64,000 nucleotides of DNA from Phoronis australis. Taxonomy: Eukaryota; Animalia; Phoronida. The notes under the pieces were generated by a model. The model was not told the origin of the DNA and made no database searches. It saw only the letters and a program-made list of their open reading frames with translations. The stretch is from positions 263,063 through 327,062 of the forward strand of contig NMRA01000316.1 in the NCBI GenBank assembly GCA_002633005.1, read 5' to 3'. The position numbers and the translations under genes were made by a program. Every line of letters begins with the position of its first letter. Positions within the stretch are counted from its first letter, which is position 1. This document shows, one piece after another, positions 61,113 through 64,000 of this stretch.

Positions 61113-63386
61113 TACTAAATTCTAATGTTTAAGTTTCCATGTGCTTTTCGTTCATGAACCAATACACATAGTTTTTGCACATTGATTTTATGCAGTAAAA
61201 ACAGACATCGCTAGTAAAAAAACACGTGCGTCGACACCAGCGTTTAACCTGCCGAGTTCGGGCACCAGAGAAAACAATGTTCAATTCCGCCGGTAGAGGG
61301 AGTCTTCGTTTGTATTCATTCTTCCGATAGGTGTCGAGGTCAATATTAAAGATGAGAACATTTTCATTGTCCAGAAATGTTTAATTTGCGTAAGTATTTG
61401 CACTTGATATACTTTAGTGCTCACTTTAATTTTATCTAAATCGTTTAATCGAAATGTATAGCGTGAAATGAGCTACCATGTTTTCCCCGGGAACTTGGAG
61501 AATCGTCGTTTTGCTCGCAAATCCATACGGCACGACCCACGCCTGTGCCACGGGCTCACCAAGACTTGAGTTGCTGACAGTCTCGACCAGTGGCCATGGA
61601 GGTAGGTGTATTCGCAAGCGAATTAATCCATGCTTTAAATACTGTATCGAGAGATAGTGGCGGCTTTGAGGATCATTTAATTATTCACCTTCGAGTCTTC
61701 GAATTAACGTCTGGCTCGGTGTCAGTTTCAAACTGAAGTGAACAGGTGAAGCTTCCCATGCATGGCCCCAGGCCCAGGTTCACATACTGCAGGCCTAACA
61801 GTAACAATAAACGCTACTAACACTAACAGTGACAATTTGTCAGTTACAAATCACTTATCAAGCTTATAGCACTGGTAAGCGACTGCTAGTATTTTACATG
61901 TACAAAATATACTATCTTTTATTGACAAAACTATCGGCTTGTCCACGATCAGGGTGTTTTTTGGGCACCAAATTTTTAATTTGATGTAGGCATACAGACA
62001 CCTTATAAATATGTAGCTTTGACTGTCCTGAACAGTTTATGAACAATTGTTTTGAGCATCTGAACCCAATATTGTGTGAATAATCAACTATTTAAGTGAT
62101 AGTAAAAATGAATGGGCATCTACAGACTCTGCAAACAAGTATTTAATCAGATTTCTTGATCTCAAAATTTAAGACAATACTCTTTAATAAAGTCTAGGAA
62201 TTTATTTTATTATAATTGCAACATTCATACACAAACTTTATACCATGGTTAAACAATATTGCCACAGAGTGTCCTTGTTTAAGTCTACTTTCGCTACAAA
62301 ATGTTTACGGACACTACATTCATGGATGGTATTACTTATTGTCAACTCCAGAGATACCGTTATCATTAATTGACTGTGTGAATAAAATGTGTCCAGAAGC
62401 ACATTCCATAAGATGAAACACTGAGTAACAGCAACTGGTAGTTAACACGTTAAAAGAGAGATCTACGGATGCTACATGTTTGGGAAGCGACATTTAAGTT
62501 GATATTTCATGTGTTAAAAATACGCATTTTGAAGTCAACGTTCAAGGTGTATTTCAATTATTCCATCTTTATATGTGACAGTCTCTGTCAGAAAGCAAAC
62601 TGTAAAGAGTTCTAGAGTTACACACAATATTTTATTGTGGTATGAACTAAAAGCAAATTAAGATTTAAATTGTTAAGTATTAAACAATAGTGTTAATTCA
62701 GCATGCAATATCTTTGGTTCCAGGCATCAGATTATGATTCGGTTTTGTGCAATTAAAGATATAGATCATCATCTGCAAAGGTTTTCCTATGATGCCAGTA
62801 ATTATTATTGCTAACTTTCTAAAATGAGCTCAGTAACATCAGAAAATGCAATATTTCTGTAACTTGTAGGCCTCTAAAATTTCAGAGGCCAATAGAATCA
62901 TACCTTGGAAGAATTCATTGACAATAGTACAATACACTCATCATTTTGGAACAAAATTTAATGACGCATGTGGACATAAATACATGGAAACATGACTGTA
63001 ATTGCAATTATACCCTGATTATACCCTGGACAAGCTCTATATGTATAGTGTGTCCACAGCTAGTAAAGATTGGTTTGCATTTGGGCTACGCAGTACATCA
63101 AAACCCTTAGCATTAAATTTATTGTTTTACAATACAGCCGTTTAAATAGTGTACAACTTGCTTTCGATCACTACCATCACACAACATTTTTGTTTTGATT
63201 ACTAGTAAACATGTATTTCTTAACCGTCATGCCTGTTTATGTAGGTAGGCCTACTAGTAATATCTACATGTAGATCAGGCAGAAGCTGCTGACATTTTTT
63301 TAATATCGGCAACCAGTTTTCACTCTAAAACCTTAAAACTGGTGCAGCACATAACCAAGAACTACACTTGATGGCAAATAAGTTAA

Positions 63387-64000
63387 GAGGCAGTCCATAT
63401 AAAAACCAGTAGATTTTCAAAAATCAGTCTATACGTCAAAATTTAAAACAACTTCATTTTTTGTACATGGGTAGGTATCCTAACAAAAACCCAAATGCCA
63501 AATTTTGCGCACTCAATGACCCCTAATTTCGCCGCTGGAGCATGATAACACAAATTGGCACAATTGGGCATATTAGCCGTCTCAAAAATCGCATGTTTTC
63601 AGCAAGAAAAATGAGTAACATACAACATAGATCAAAAGCTATATTTTGGTGGCTGAAATAACCAACGTATACTGTGCATAATTCTGTGCCATTTATTAAA
63701 ATCTAACAGTTTTATGCTAGACAGGGGAGATAATCCACAGACCACTTTTTGGGGCTAATTTTAGTGGCCATTTTTGTGACCTTCTTACTGCCATAAAACA
63801 CCTTGTAGCCTTATGTGACGTTTTGAACATACAGTTAAAGAGTTAGTCTTGATGACTGAGCAATAAAAAATCTTGCCTCAACTTTGCACTTTAGTGAAAA
63901 TTGTCTTGCAAAACTGTCTATTTTCATAGTTTGGAAATGACGAGCAGAGTTTACAAACCATTTGAACAAACTTTTAGGCAAGAAGTCTGCTTTAAATAGT
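63387..64000. mobile_element. Possible left end of a TTAA-targeting DNA transposon, running off the window
   Basis: ttaa|gaggcagtccatataaaaaccag followed by AT-rich non-coding sequence. The partner TIR is not visible. Confidence 0.3.

Overview
This is eukaryotic (animal) genomic DNA, AT-rich and intron-rich, with one assembly gap (Ns 19078-19555). The CREB sequence resembles mollusc CREB1 as I recall it, which suggests a lophotrochozoan or similar marine invertebrate (inference). Three complete spliced protein-coding genes can be built by hand with GT-AG introns and consistent phases: (1) a Polycomb RING finger gene BMI1/PCGF2-4 on the minus strand (8 coding exons, 17058->5642, about 401 aa); (2) a membrane RING-CH E3 ligase of the MARCHF4/9/11 type on the minus strand (5 coding exons, 46289->30822, about 277 aa); (3) CREB1 on the plus strand (6 coding exons, 52038->60139, about 275 aa), arranged head-to-head with the MARCH gene around a CRE-containing promoter near 48.9-49.6 kb. 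Introns and intergenic DNA hold many non-autonomous DNA transposons: a P-like element with a THAP remnant, hAT-type MITEs with 5-, 6- and 8-bp TSDs, a Harbinger-type MITE, a Mutator-like MITE, a Helentron/HINE-like element with CTCF-like motifs and palindromic elements. A tRNA-derived SINE and small tandem repeats are also present. I see no clear evidence of a wholly new biological system. The best leads are the possibly ancient BMI1-MARCH-CREB linkage, the shared CRE-bearing promoter, a candidate RING-less MARCH isoform and transposon-borne CTCF-like motif arrays.
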